From: Bdellovibrionales bacterium | GTDB taxonomy: Bacteria; Bdellovibrionota; Bdellovibrionia; Bdellovibrionales; UBA1609 | Direction: 5' to 3' | NCBI GenBank assembly: GCA_020630675.1 | Contig: JAHDIR010000004.1 | Location: 13,688-77,687 of the forward strand | DNA: 64,000 nucleotides | Shown here: in pieces, positions 38,663 through 48,051 of the stretch | Position numbering within the stretch: the first letter of the stretch is position 1 | Layout of the letters: each line of letters begins with the position of its first letter | Notes under the pieces: model-generated | What the model was told of the DNA's origin: nothing | Seen by the model: only the letters and a program-made list of their open reading frames with translations | The model's database searches: none | Program-made: the position numbers and the translations under genes

Positions 38663-38692
38663 AAAAAAAAACCCCTCAAATGAGGGGTTTTT
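38663..38692. terminator. Bidirectional intrinsic terminator between convergent genes
   Basis: Stem CCCCTC/GAGGGG (38672-38677 and 38682-38687), flanked by A9 upstream and T5 downstream. Confidence 0.8.
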
Positions 38693-38725
38693 AAATTTGT
38701 ATCAAAAGATACTAAAATAAAGCTG

Positions 38726-39019
38726 TTACTTTCTTTTTTTAGCAGCTTTTCTTTTAGTAGTTTTCTTTTTAGCGGCTTTTTTCTTTGTAGTTTTCTTTTT
38801 AGCGGCTTTTTTCTTTGTAGTTTTCTTTTTAGCAGCTTTTTTCTTTGTAGTTTTCTTTTTAGCGGCTTTTTTCTTAGTTGTTTTCTTTTTAGCAGCTTTT
38901 TTCTTAGTTGTTTTCTTCTTAGCTACTTTTCTTTTTGTAGTTTTTTTAGCAGCTTTTTTCTTAGTTGTTTTTTTCTTTGCAGTCTTCTTCTTTGCTGCTT
39001 TTCTTTTCTTTTTTGCCAT
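38726..39019 (-). CDS. Histone H1-like Lys/Ala/Thr-rich nucleoid protein
   Basis: The 97-aa product is almost entirely AKKKTTKKKA decapeptide repeats. The composition resembles eukaryotic H1 C-terminal tails and bacterial Hc1/Hc2, BpH and AlgP proteins. Confidence 0.75.
   Translation of the reverse strand: MAKKKRKAAKKKTAKKKTTKKKAAKKTTKRKVAKKKTTKKKAAKKKTTKKKAAKKKTTKKKAAKKKTTKKKAAKKKTTKKKAAKKKTTKRKAAKKRK
38731..39010. repeat. Tandem 30-nt coding repeat: six near-identical units at 38761-38940 plus degenerate flanking units
   Basis: The unit TTTTCTTTTTAGCGGCTTTTTTCTTTGTAG recurs with 0-4 mismatches at exact 30-nt phase. It lies in frame inside the H1-like CDS. Confidence 0.9.
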
Positions 39020-39176
39020 TTCTAATCCTCCTAAGATGATGACTTAAATTTATTATGTTTTCAATGTTGTCTACATCTCCAGTTTTACCTGTGTGACATT
39101 GATCGTCAATAAAAAGTTTTTACTTAAGGGAAATTTTAGCTTTTTTTTTGCAATTCAAACTGAAGGGAGAATTTTC

Positions 39177-39932
39177 ATGACGTTTTTTTTAGTTTTAGTA
39201 AACGGACTGTTCGTATTTTATTTTTTTGTCCGAGAGTTGAGAGATAAACTTTCAAAAAATCACTTTTCTAGAGAGGAAATGACAAAAATTGGCATCTTAT
39301 TTTTTTGTTTTCAATTTTTAAATTTTATTTTTTTTATAAAATTTCACCAATTTTTTTTATGTTTAATAAGTTTATACTTACCAATTTTAATTTTTGTATA
39401 CGGTCAGCGGATTAATAATAAAATTCGTGAAAAGCACTTCAGTAAGGAGTTTCATCACTTTTTAAGAGGTGTTTCCTTATGTATGAGGGTGGGAAATTCT
39501 TTCCGTTACTCGTTAAAAGACTCCTATCATCTACTTTCTCCAAGGAGTAAATTGAGAGTGCAGGCGATAGTAGAGCTTGTGGTTTTTTCACAACACAAAA
39601 AGCTGGACCCTAAGGTCGACATAGATCGAGAAATTTTTAGGGAATTTTCTCAAATTGATAAATCACCTCATCAAGGCTTGCAGAGAATTGATTTATGGCT
39701 GCAAAGAGTGGAAAAAAATCTCGAATTTCGACATAAGTCCGGACAAATATTGCAGCAGTTGTACATTCAAACCGGAATTATGTCGCTCATGTATATTGCT
39801 TTATTTACTTTTGTTGTCAAAAAATATGGTTTTATACAAAACATTAAACTGATTTTATTTTCATTTTCTTTGTTCATGGTTGGCACATTACTTTGTTTTA
39901 AAATAGGAAAAAAAATTAAATGGAGCTTTTAA
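39177..39932 (+). CDS. T2SSF-family (TadB-like) membrane protein, divergent sequence
   Basis: ATG at 39177 follows GAAGGGAGA. The layout is N-terminal TMs, then a cytoplasmic helical core (FLRGVSLCMRVGNSFRYSL ... RHKSGQILQQLYIQTG), then C-terminal TMs. Confidence 0.45.
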   Translation: MTFFLVLVNGLFVFYFFVRELRDKLSKNHFSREEMTKIGILFFCFQFLNFIFFIKFHQFFLCLISLYLPILIFVYGQRINNKIREKHFSKEFHHFLRGVSLCMRVGNSFRYSLKDSYHLLSPRSKLRVQAIVELVVFSQHKKLDPKVDIDREIFREFSQIDKSPHQGLQRIDLWLQRVEKNLEFRHKSGQILQQLYIQTGIMSLMYIALFTFVVKKYGFIQNIKLILFSFSLFMVGTLLCFKIGKKIKWSF

Positions 39933-40357
39933 CGTCGTCTTATGTTTTTTTAAATGAACTCGTGATGACCATGGAGTCTGGGCAAAGCGCCAGACATATT
40001 ATTGAAAAATATGTAGCATCTTCAAGGTCAAAATGGTCAAAAGAACTAGCTAAAGTTTTTTATGCTTACTCGGCAGGAAGCTTTAATAAACATTTACTGC
40101 GACAAGTAAAAAACTCCTATGAAAGAGCCATGCTGAGTTTAATTGTTAGGTCACTGGAGGGCCAACCTATATTATCTGAGCTAAAAGCACTTGAAAGACA
40201 ATACTTTAAGGCCCATGAGCAACAATTAGATATTCATTTGTTAAGACTGCCTTATTTGGCTTTGGTGCCGCTCTTTTTATTTCTTTTTCCTTCCTATTTA
40301 ATTTTAATGTTAGGCCCTATTTTAAAAAATCTTTTGCAGGAGTTATCAAAGGTATGA
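39920..40357 (+). CDS. Short T2SSF-domain (TadC-like) protein
   Basis: It overlaps the previous gene by 13 nt. FLNELVMTMESGQSARHII ... LIVRSLEGQPILSELKALE ... LPYLALVPLFLFLFPSYLILMLGPI follows the T2SSF domain pattern. Confidence 0.5.
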   Translation: MELLTSSYVFLNELVMTMESGQSARHIIEKYVASSRSKWSKELAKVFYAYSAGSFNKHLLRQVKNSYERAMLSLIVRSLEGQPILSELKALERQYFKAHEQQLDIHLLRLPYLALVPLFLFLFPSYLILMLGPILKNLLQELSKV

Positions 40358-40758
40358 ATGTACTATTACTACTTATTACCCCTTTTCTTTTGGGTTTCAA
40401 CTACTCTCATTCGTTAAATGATTGGGTCGCTTTCTCAGATCAAGTCACTTCAAAAAAAATTAGTAAATATAAAAGTCTAGAATCAATTCAAACCGTCTGT
40501 GACTTAGAACAAAGAAAAGAGCTTTTTCCGCAAAATTGCTTGCGCTTGATTCAAGTTATTCATGAAATTGATCCTAAAGTTTCCTTAGATCTTGAGAAAG
40601 AGGCTCTCGCACAGCAGTGTTTAGAAAAAATTCACCTAATAGAGACGCTCAATCAAGTCGCTTGGTTAGACCGAAACCTTAAACTTGAAGGTTTGTGTAA
40701 AAAGGCCTTTCTTAAAAGAAAAGAGATAGTTCTTTATAAGAGAAAAAGATCGATGTAG
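40354..40758 (+). CDS. Small secreted hypothetical protein
   Basis: ATGA coupling to the previous gene and a signal-like MNVLLLLITPFLLGFNYSHS. Four Cys. Confidence 0.4.
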   Translation: MNVLLLLITPFLLGFNYSHSLNDWVAFSDQVTSKKISKYKSLESIQTVCDLEQRKELFPQNCLRLIQVIHEIDPKVSLDLEKEALAQQCLEKIHLIETLNQVAWLDRNLKLEGLCKKAFLKRKEIVLYKRKRSM

Positions 40759-40817
40759 GATATTGCTCACGACCATACGATATATTTAGTTGTTGATTCA
40801 CGCTTTATGGGGAAGTT

Positions 40818-41657
40818 TTGGGATATTTAGAATCATTTTTGATGGGCATGGCCCAGGGTTTAACGGAGTTTTTGCCAGTTTCAAGTTCGGGGCACTTAGC
40901 TTTGTTGGGTGCTTTTTTTCAACTCAACTCATCGAGTTTAGTTTTTGAAGTAGGTGTACACCTAGGAACGCTTTTCAGTATTTTTACTGTGTATCGTAAA
41001 ATTATTGGTTCTTGGTTCATGGAGGTTATGTCTCACCTTCGTACTTTAAAATTAAACGATGGAGCTTATTTATTTTATTTGGTCATTATAGCCTCTCTTC
41101 CCGCTGGTGTTATTGGTATATTACTTAAAGACTTTATCATCGGTACTTTTTCGAACCTATTAATTGTTGGAGGTTCATTTTTATTCACAGGTTGTGTTTT
41201 ATTTGCCGCTGAAAAGTCACAAAAAGGGAAAGAAATTGGCGCTGAAATGAAGGGCTTCGGTGAGTTATCTGATGTGCGTTCAATAAATTTGAAACAAGCT
41301 TTTTTGATCGGATGGGCTCAAGCCTTAGCTATTCTTCCGGGAGTTAGTCGGTCGGGCTCTACAATTTCTATGGCTTTATTTCTTGGGGTTCCGCGAAAAA
41401 CATCAGCCTTGTTTAGCTTTTTAATGTCTATTCCGGTGATTTTAGGTGCTGGAATTTTACAAATTAAAGATATTGGTGATTTACCAGCTGCAGACTTTAA
41501 GTACTTAGTTTTTTCATTTATAATTTCTTATATATTTGGGCTTGTCGGATTGCTTGGGATTTTATACTTTGTCAAAAAAGCCCAGTTAGATCGTTTTAGC
41601 TGGTATTTGTGGGCCATAGGTTTTGGATCTATCGCTTTTTATTTTGCCGGGGGGTAA
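40818..41657 (+). CDS. uppP: Undecaprenyl-diphosphate phosphatase
   Basis: QGLTEFLPVSSSGHL and PGVSRSGSTI motifs in a multi-TM protein. The start (TTG 40818 or a nearby ATG) is uncertain. Confidence 0.92.
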   Translation: MGYLESFLMGMAQGLTEFLPVSSSGHLALLGAFFQLNSSSLVFEVGVHLGTLFSIFTVYRKIIGSWFMEVMSHLRTLKLNDGAYLFYLVIIASLPAGVIGILLKDFIIGTFSNLLIVGGSFLFTGCVLFAAEKSQKGKEIGAEMKGFGELSDVRSINLKQAFLIGWAQALAILPGVSRSGSTISMALFLGVPRKTSALFSFLMSIPVILGAGILQIKDIGDLPAADFKYLVFSFIISYIFGLVGLLGILYFVKKAQLDRFSWYLWAIGFGSIAFYFAGG

Positions 41658-41658
41658 T

Positions 41659-41850
41659 ATGTCTTTAAATCAAAGTTCTAGAGAAGAAATTCTATCATTT
41701 TTGGCGGAAGAGTTAATTAAATCTAAACCGGAAGAAGATATTGTTAAAAAATATATGGCTAAAGTTGGCTTGAATTACTCTGAAGACCCTGTGGAGCGTA
41801 TCAATTTAGTATTAGAAGCTTTGCATTTTGAGGAGCCCACCAAGGCTTAA
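41659..41850 (+). CDS. Small acidic hypothetical protein (63 aa)
   Basis: ATG at 41659 lies 1 nt after the uppP stop. The longer ORF-track start 41623 would overlap uppP. Confidence 0.4.
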   Translation: MSLNQSSREEILSFLAEELIKSKPEEDIVKKYMAKVGLNYSEDPVERINLVLEALHFEEPTKA

Positions 41851-42114
41851 TACCAAACGGACTATATTAAATAGGGTTATGCCTCTTCGTTAAAGGTTTT
41901 AGGTGCGTCCTTATTCAACAGCTGCCGAGCACTTGAAAATCTCTTAGGCTCAGGTGACATTATTTGACTTAATGTAAGTGAAATTAATATTTTAGACTGG
42001 TTTTTAGTTAGTTAACAGTTGGGGGTTTATCAGCGCACAGCTGCCTTTTTTTTACATAAAAACCAAAATTATTAAGAACCTTTTAAATAACGCTGTACAT
42101 TTTTGGTGCATCAT

Positions 42115-42143
42115 TTGACTCTGACCAGTCTTAGAAGTAAAAA
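42115..42143 (+). promoter_or_regulatory. Candidate sigma70-type promoter for tRNA-Phe
   Basis: TTGACT (42115-42120), a 17-nt spacer, then TAAAAA (42138-42143), 16 nt before the tRNA 5' end. Confidence 0.35.
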
Positions 42144-42159
42144 ATTGAATTCCTGAAGT

Positions 42160-42235
<76 letters not shown>

Positions 42236-42266
42236 TTTCCTTTTAATTAATGTCGATGAGAACATT

Positions 42267-43682
42267 TTGGCTTCTAAAGAAACTCGCTTATTAATTGTTT
42301 ACACTTTTTTGTTAAATTTTTTACTTTATGGAAAAAGAATTTTTCTTTCAGGTGGCCATTTGGATGGTGTTACATATGCATCAATTTCAAGAAACTTAAG
42401 TGAGGGTATTGGAAGCTTCTGGGCACCCCATTATACCCAAACGTTATACTCTAGTTTTTTCGAACATCCTCCACTTCTGTTTTGGATACAATCTTTATTT
42501 TTTAAAGTTTTTCCAGATGCATTAGCAGTAAATTTTTTTATTATTCTTATTTTTCTGTTAGTTTATTTGTCAGTTTATCAACTAATAAAAATGATTCCCT
42601 TTGATAAAGGTTTAAAAGTAAACTCTTTAGCAAAGTATACGTTTATTTTTTTATCTATATCTTCATTAACAAGGTTCTTCTCATATAATTTGTTAGAGCC
42701 AATGATGACTTTGATTGATATTTTAGCTGTAATTTCTTTTATATACTCAGCGCAGAGTTCCTTTGCTAAGCAGAAGGTTCTTTTTTCTCTATTAGGTATA
42801 TTGTTTGTTGGCTTAGCCTTTATGACAAAAGGCCCAGTTGGACTATACCCATTAATAGTGCCCATTTTGTTTAGCTTGATTGTTCAACAAAAAAAAATCA
42901 TACCGAGCTTAATTCATTTATGGGTATTTTTTGCGACACTGACAATAAGCTATTTTATATATGTTTATAATCAAGAGATCGCTCATTTTTTTAAAAGTTA
43001 CTATTTAGTTCAAGTAAAAACAGCAATTGAAGGAACCAGAAGTAATTTAGAGGGAAAAAATTCAATATTACATGTTACAAAAAAAATCTTTGAGTGCTGT
43101 GCGCCTTTGTTAGTACTTTTATTCATTGGCCTTAAATCAAAAAAAGTTTCAAGGCCAAACTTGAGACGGTGGGCTTATTTTTTTCTGGCAATTGGTTTCT
43201 TGGCATCCTTTCCAATATCATTTAGCCAAAAAATTCGAAGTTTTTACTTTTTACCGGCAATGCCATTTTATATTCTCGGAGGGGTAAGTTTTTACTTTGC
43301 TTTAAGAGAAGAAATAAAGTTACCAGCTGTTATGATTCGAATTTTAAAAACCGCTTTGCCAATCTTGGCCACTTTTAACCTTATATATATAGCTTTCAAT
43401 TATGGTAAAAAAAATAAAGAGAAGGAAGTTCTTGAACTTACTCAATATATAAATTCATTAGGTTTAAATAATCGTGAGGTATTTTCAACTTGTGACTCAA
43501 TAACTAGTCACTGGATGTTAATTGCTCAATTGCAATTTAAAAACAGAGCATCGCTATCAAGAGATCGCTCTTTAAATAATTACTATATTGGTGGGAGTGC
43601 TTGCGGGCTGGAAGGGCAGTTGCCAAATTATAAGTTGAAAAAAAGAGTGAACCAAAGGTATTCACTCTATAAAAAAATATAG
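42267..43682 (+). CDS. GT-C fold glycosyltransferase, family 39/83 (ArnT/PMT-like)
   Basis: Multi-TM protein. The N-terminal GHLDGVTYASISRNLSEG...FFEHPPLLFW matches the ArnT/PMT first-loop pattern. The ORF-track start 42201 lies inside the tRNA, and TTG at 42267 is the first plausible start, so the start is uncertain. Confidence 0.65.
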   Translation: MASKETRLLIVYTFLLNFLLYGKRIFLSGGHLDGVTYASISRNLSEGIGSFWAPHYTQTLYSSFFEHPPLLFWIQSLFFKVFPDALAVNFFIILIFLLVYLSVYQLIKMIPFDKGLKVNSLAKYTFIFLSISSLTRFFSYNLLEPMMTLIDILAVISFIYSAQSSFAKQKVLFSLLGILFVGLAFMTKGPVGLYPLIVPILFSLIVQQKKIIPSLIHLWVFFATLTISYFIYVYNQEIAHFFKSYYLVQVKTAIEGTRSNLEGKNSILHVTKKIFECCAPLLVLLFIGLKSKKVSRPNLRRWAYFFLAIGFLASFPISFSQKIRSFYFLPAMPFYILGGVSFYFALREEIKLPAVMIRILKTALPILATFNLIYIAFNYGKKNKEKEVLELTQYINSLGLNNREVFSTCDSITSHWMLIAQLQFKNRASLSRDRSLNNYYIGGSACGLEGQLPNYKLKKRVNQRYSLYKKI

Positions 43683-43685
43683 AAT

Positions 43686-45044
43686 TTATTGGTGCCTACC
43701 GTAGTCATCTTGGTAACGAATAATATCATCCTCGCCAAAATAACTTCCAGTTTGAATTTCTATAAACTCGAGATTGTTGGGGCCTATATTTTTAATTCTA
43801 TGTTTAGTTTTCATTGGTATCGCAACAAAGTCTCCAGTTTGAACTTCATTCATCTCTCCATCTATATTTACAAGACCTAAGCCTGATGTAATGGTCCAAT
43901 GTTCGGACCGTAAATTATGAGACTGGTAAGATAATTGATGGTCAGGGAAAATAGTTATTTTCTTTACCTTATAATTATAACACTCATCGAGTACTTCAAA
44001 TTGCCCCCAAGGTCTTAACTCATAGTTATGACTGGAAAGAACTTTTTGATTTTTCACCCTTTGAAGAGCAGACTTAACTTTTTCAGAAGATCCTTTTTTG
44101 CATATCAAAAGTGAATCTGGGCTATCGGCAATAATTAAGTCATCAACTCCAATGGAGGTAATAACTTTTTTATTATTTGAAAAGTAATAGTTGTTGGTGG
44201 AATCAATTTCAACAATCTCATTTGTATAAGAATAGGGTTGATCAATGACATTTGAAAACTCATCCCAACTTCCTATATCACTCCAAGAAATATCTGATGG
44301 GATACATTTAATGTTGTCAAATTTTTCTAACACTTCGTGATCAAAACTATTTCCTTTAAGTTCTTCGTAAATCTGATAAAAATTTGAAAAATTGTCTATT
44401 TTTTTGATTTGATTCCATATTTCAGATTGTGTTTTATTAAAGTGTTCAATAATTGTTTTAGGTTTGAAAATAAAAATTCCAGAATTCCACATAAACTGAC
44501 CACTTTCAAAATACTTATTGGCCGTTTCTTGGTTTGGTTTCTCATGAAACCTCTTAACGTCGCAAATTTGATTATATTGAACATTATCCATTTCAATATA
44601 GCCGTAGCCAGTTTTAGGCTCTCTTGGTTTAATGCCCAGTAAATAAACTTGATTGTCTTGGTGAGCAGTCACTAATTTAAGAATATCATGAAAGGCTTTT
44701 TTGTCCTCGATGACATGATCGGCCGGGAAAACTCCGACCCATTCATTGCTGAGGTCTTTACAGTTTAAGTAGTGAAGGGCTAAAGCAATAGCTGGTGCTG
44801 TATTTTTTGATATAGGTTCATATAAGCACGTGACATTCTGAAGCCCTTGGTTAAGAGAATTCTCCGTAGGAATTTTTAGGTTAATATTTGAGATGACAAG
44901 GGGGTTGCCCAGTTCAGAAATGCGGTCAAAGGTTTGTTTAAACAAAGACTCACTAAAGAAATTACAAAATTGTTTTGGTGAGTCCTTTCTTGAGATTGGC
45001 CACAAACGGTTTCCAGATCCACCAGATAAAATAATTGGTATCAA
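43686..45044 (-). CDS. manC: Mannose-1-phosphate guanylyltransferase / mannose-6-phosphate isomerase (type II PMI-GMP)
   Basis: IPIILSGGSGNRLWPISR and a C-terminal cupin (RPWGQFEVL...SYQSHNLRSEHWTI). Confidence 0.9.
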   Translation of the reverse strand: MIPIILSGGSGNRLWPISRKDSPKQFCNFFSESLFKQTFDRISELGNPLVISNINLKIPTENSLNQGLQNVTCLYEPISKNTAPAIALALHYLNCKDLSNEWVGVFPADHVIEDKKAFHDILKLVTAHQDNQVYLLGIKPREPKTGYGYIEMDNVQYNQICDVKRFHEKPNQETANKYFESGQFMWNSGIFIFKPKTIIEHFNKTQSEIWNQIKKIDNFSNFYQIYEELKGNSFDHEVLEKFDNIKCIPSDISWSDIGSWDEFSNVIDQPYSYTNEIVEIDSTNNYYFSNNKKVITSIGVDDLIIADSPDSLLICKKGSSEKVKSALQRVKNQKVLSSHNYELRPWGQFEVLDECYNYKVKKITIFPDHQLSYQSHNLRSEHWTITSGLGLVNIDGEMNEVQTGDFVAIPMKTKHRIKNIGPNNLEFIEIQTGSYFGEDDIIRYQDDYGRHQ

Positions 45045-45071
45045 ATTTTTTACACCCCACGAAAACTAGTT

Positions 45072-45773
45072 TTATTTATTTGTTTTGAATTTCCAAACTT
45101 TTATTACGGCTTCCAAAACAATTTGATTAGACATCTTACTCACTCCAGATAAGCGTTCAACAAACTTAATGGGTTGTTCGTAATATTTTAAATTATTTAA
45201 AACAGCTTTATACTTCATTTCAATTTGAAAACTATAGCCATTTGATTCAATTTGATTAAGGCCAATGCGTTTTAGCTGAGAACTTCTCCATAGATTAAAC
45301 CCACCGGTCCAATCATGGACAGGTTTTTTTAAGATTTTACGAGCATAAAAACTACCAAATTTACTAATCCATTGCCTATGAAGCCCCCAGTTTTCAACAC
45401 TACCTCCAGTTACCCACCTGGAGCCGATCACAAGATCATAATCTTTAGAGTGCTCAATCAGTTTAACCAAGTCTATGGGCCGATGCGAAAAGTCAGCATC
45501 CATTTGAACGACAAATTCGTAACCTTTGGTTAGGGCCCAATCCATACCCGCAAGATAGGCCTTACCCAGTCCATTTTTATCTTTTCTATGAAGAACATGA
45601 ACATTGGGGTGGGCACTATAATTTTTTTCAACAAATTGGCCAGTGCCATCAGGGGAGTTGTCATCAACGACCAAAATATCAACTTGTTGAGTGGCCTTAA
45701 AAATAGCTGGAATGATTTTCTCAATATTCTTGAGCTCATTATAGGTAGGTAAGATAACTAGGTATGACCTCAT
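45072..45773 (-). CDS. Polyprenol-phosphate mannosyltransferase (GT2, Dpm1/Ppm1-like)
   Basis: VILPTYNELKNI, ILVVDDNSPDGT and QMDADFSH. The soluble 233-aa size is typical of this family. Confidence 0.8.
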   Translation of the reverse strand: MRSYLVILPTYNELKNIEKIIPAIFKATQQVDILVVDDNSPDGTGQFVEKNYSAHPNVHVLHRKDKNGLGKAYLAGMDWALTKGYEFVVQMDADFSHRPIDLVKLIEHSKDYDLVIGSRWVTGGSVENWGLHRQWISKFGSFYARKILKKPVHDWTGGFNLWRSSQLKRIGLNQIESNGYSFQIEMKYKAVLNNLKYYEQPIKFVERLSGVSKMSNQIVLEAVIKVWKFKTNK

Positions 45774-45984
45774 TGTAGAGTTGTTCCTTAATTTTTAAAA
45801 GTTAAGCTAATCGAAAGTATCAGATCGAGGGATATTTTGAAAGGGATTCTTGTACGCAATAGGTGTTGATGTGTGAATAAATTTCAGATTTTTTTCTATA
45901 CGCCGGCTGTTGCTATTTAAAAAATAAGAACACGGCAATGCATTAATAGCCATTAATTTCAGTAACTTAAATGCCGAAGGCTTT

Positions 45985-48051
45985 TTGATGGCTGTTGTCT
46001 ATGATCTCTTCTTCATTCAAAACTTGAAAGGGAATCTAACTTTATATAGGGTACCCGATATTATGAGACTTATATATACGAGTTTAAAATTTACTCTATT
46101 TCACATGATAATCTTTACCCTCTTTAGAGTCAGCTTTTATTCGACATTCTCCGGGTTGGCTATTTCTTCTAAATCTCATGAGGTACTGAATTCGTTTCGT
46201 ATTGGAGCTTTGTTTGATCTAAGGTTAACACTTCTTTTGCTATTACCTTTGTTTGTGTTTGTGGGAGTAAAAAAGCTTACCTCTTTATTTAATAATCTAA
46301 ATAAGTCGGTTGTCATTGTTTACGCCTTATTTGCCGCTATTTGGTTAACGATGTATTTTTTAGATTTTGGCCAATACTCCTATCTAAAAACCCGCCTAGA
46401 CACCAGTGTTCTTCAGTTTTTTAAGAACCCATTAATATCTGCAAAAATGATGTTTAGTACATATCCAATGCACTGGATTGTTCTAGGGTTTTCCATCGTT
46501 TTATTTATCTATGCTTTTCTAATTAAAAAAACAGTATTTTCTAATTTAACTAAAGGCTTTGCTTCTCAATCAAGTCAAAAACTCAAGTTTTCAATAAGCT
46601 TACTTTTTATAGTTTTTATGTTGTTGGGACTTTATGGAAAAGTTTCTTATTACCCTTTAAGGTGGAGTGAAGCTTTTTTCTCAAAAAACTCATTTGTTAA
46701 TCACCTTGCTCTTAATCCCATTCTTTATTTTTTTGATTCAAGTCGTTTTTCTGAAAAAAAATTTAATGTTGAAAAAACAAAAGAACATTTTGGGGCGGTT
46801 TCGAAATATTTAGGCCTAGTATCAAGTAAACCACTAAACTTTGAAAGAACAATCGTTGGAACTTCAAAGAAAAAATATAACGTAGTTTTTATCATTATGG
46901 AGTCTTTGGCTTCACATAAGACGAATCTAATGTCTAACCCACTAGCGCCAACTCCTTATTTAGAAAAGATCACTCAGGAAAGTTATTTTTTCTCCCAGCA
47001 TTATACACCGACACTGGGTACTGCTCGTGGAGTCTTTGGCTCTTTGACGAGTATTCCAGATGTTTCTCGAGTGAAAACATCTTCTAGAAACCCTTTTGTT
47101 ATTGATCAAAGGTTACTTATTGACCAATTAAAAGGTTATGAAAAATTTTATTTTTTAGGTGGCAGTGCCAACTGGGCTAATATCAGGGCAGTGTTTTCTA
47201 ATAATATAAGCGGCATTAATATATACGAAGAAGGAAGTTATAGCCGAGGGGATACTGATGTTTGGGGCTTGTCAGACTTAGACCTATTTATTGAATCCAA
47301 TAAAATTTTAAATAGTCAGTCTGCACAAAAGCCATTTTTTGCCATTATTCAATCTTCAAGCTTTCACCGGCCGTACACCATACCTGATGACGCTTTAGAT
47401 TTTAAAAAAATGAATAAAGACATTTCCGAAGGGGAGCTAAAAAATAATGGCTTTTATTCTATGGACCAGTTAAATTCACTCCGTTTTTCAGATTATAGTC
47501 TTGGACATTTTTTCAAATTGGCCAAAAAATCAAAATATTACAAAGATACTATTTTTGTAATTACTGGAGATCATGGCTTACCCATTGAAAACGCTCAAAA
47601 TGTTCCCAGAGGTAGCAAAGAGTTTGATCTTGAAGGAAGGCATGTTCCTTTAATTTTCCATAATAAAGAATTATTTCCTAAATATATAGAGGATCAAAGG
47701 GTAGTTGGTATGGTAGATATCATACCGACCATATTTTCATTTTTAAATGGAAAATTCACAAACTTTACTATGGGGCGAAATTTATTTTCTGAGAGTAGCA
47801 AAAACAGCAACTACTCTTTTTACTTTGATAATTATTCTAAACTAGGTCAAAGAAAACTTTTTAATAAAGACTATGTCATAGTAAATGATGATAGAGATCA
47901 GCCTAAATTATATAAGTACTCTAGCTCTATTGATCAAAAAGACATTAGCAAAAATCAAAAAGAAATCTTTAAAGAAATGTATAGCCTTCTTGAGGGCTAC
48001 TACCGATCGTCGCAATATTTACTTTACAATAACAAGAAAAAGCAAAAATGA
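45985..48051 (+). CDS. LtaS/OpgB-like sulfatase-fold transferase with an N-terminal multi-TM domain
   Basis: Five or so N-terminal TMs followed by an alkaline-phosphatase-superfamily domain (VVFIIMESLAS, TPTLGTARGVFGSLT, ITGDHG). The start (TTG 45985, ATG 45988 or a later Met) is uncertain. Confidence 0.75.
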   Translation: MMAVVYDLFFIQNLKGNLTLYRVPDIMRLIYTSLKFTLFHMIIFTLFRVSFYSTFSGLAISSKSHEVLNSFRIGALFDLRLTLLLLLPLFVFVGVKKLTSLFNNLNKSVVIVYALFAAIWLTMYFLDFGQYSYLKTRLDTSVLQFFKNPLISAKMMFSTYPMHWIVLGFSIVLFIYAFLIKKTVFSNLTKGFASQSSQKLKFSISLLFIVFMLLGLYGKVSYYPLRWSEAFFSKNSFVNHLALNPILYFFDSSRFSEKKFNVEKTKEHFGAVSKYLGLVSSKPLNFERTIVGTSKKKYNVVFIIMESLASHKTNLMSNPLAPTPYLEKITQESYFFSQHYTPTLGTARGVFGSLTSIPDVSRVKTSSRNPFVIDQRLLIDQLKGYEKFYFLGGSANWANIRAVFSNNISGINIYEEGSYSRGDTDVWGLSDLDLFIESNKILNSQSAQKPFFAIIQSSSFHRPYTIPDDALDFKKMNKDISEGELKNNGFYSMDQLNSLRFSDYSLGHFFKLAKKSKYYKDTIFVITGDHGLPIENAQNVPRGSKEFDLEGRHVPLIFHNKELFPKYIEDQRVVGMVDIIPTIFSFLNGKFTNFTMGRNLFSESSKNSNYSFYFDNYSKLGQRKLFNKDYVIVNDDRDQPKLYKYSSSIDQKDISKNQKEIFKEMYSLLEGYYRSSQYLLYNNKKKQK

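Noticed and set aside
38731-39010. A regular 30-nt repeat array that could be mistaken for a CRISPR array
   Set aside because: The units are directly adjacent with no spacers. The array lies entirely in frame within a 97-codon ORF that has a start, a stop and a terminator, and it encodes a coherent Lys-rich decapeptide repeat. No cas genes are present.
41851-42114. The repeated CAGCTGCC motif and the CAGCGCACAGCTGCC+T8 stretch upstream of tRNA-Phe, considered as a terminator or ncRNA
   Set aside because: Only a 4-bp stem can be drawn before the T-run, and the two motif copies are not complementary. At most this is a weak terminator for the small acidic ORF.
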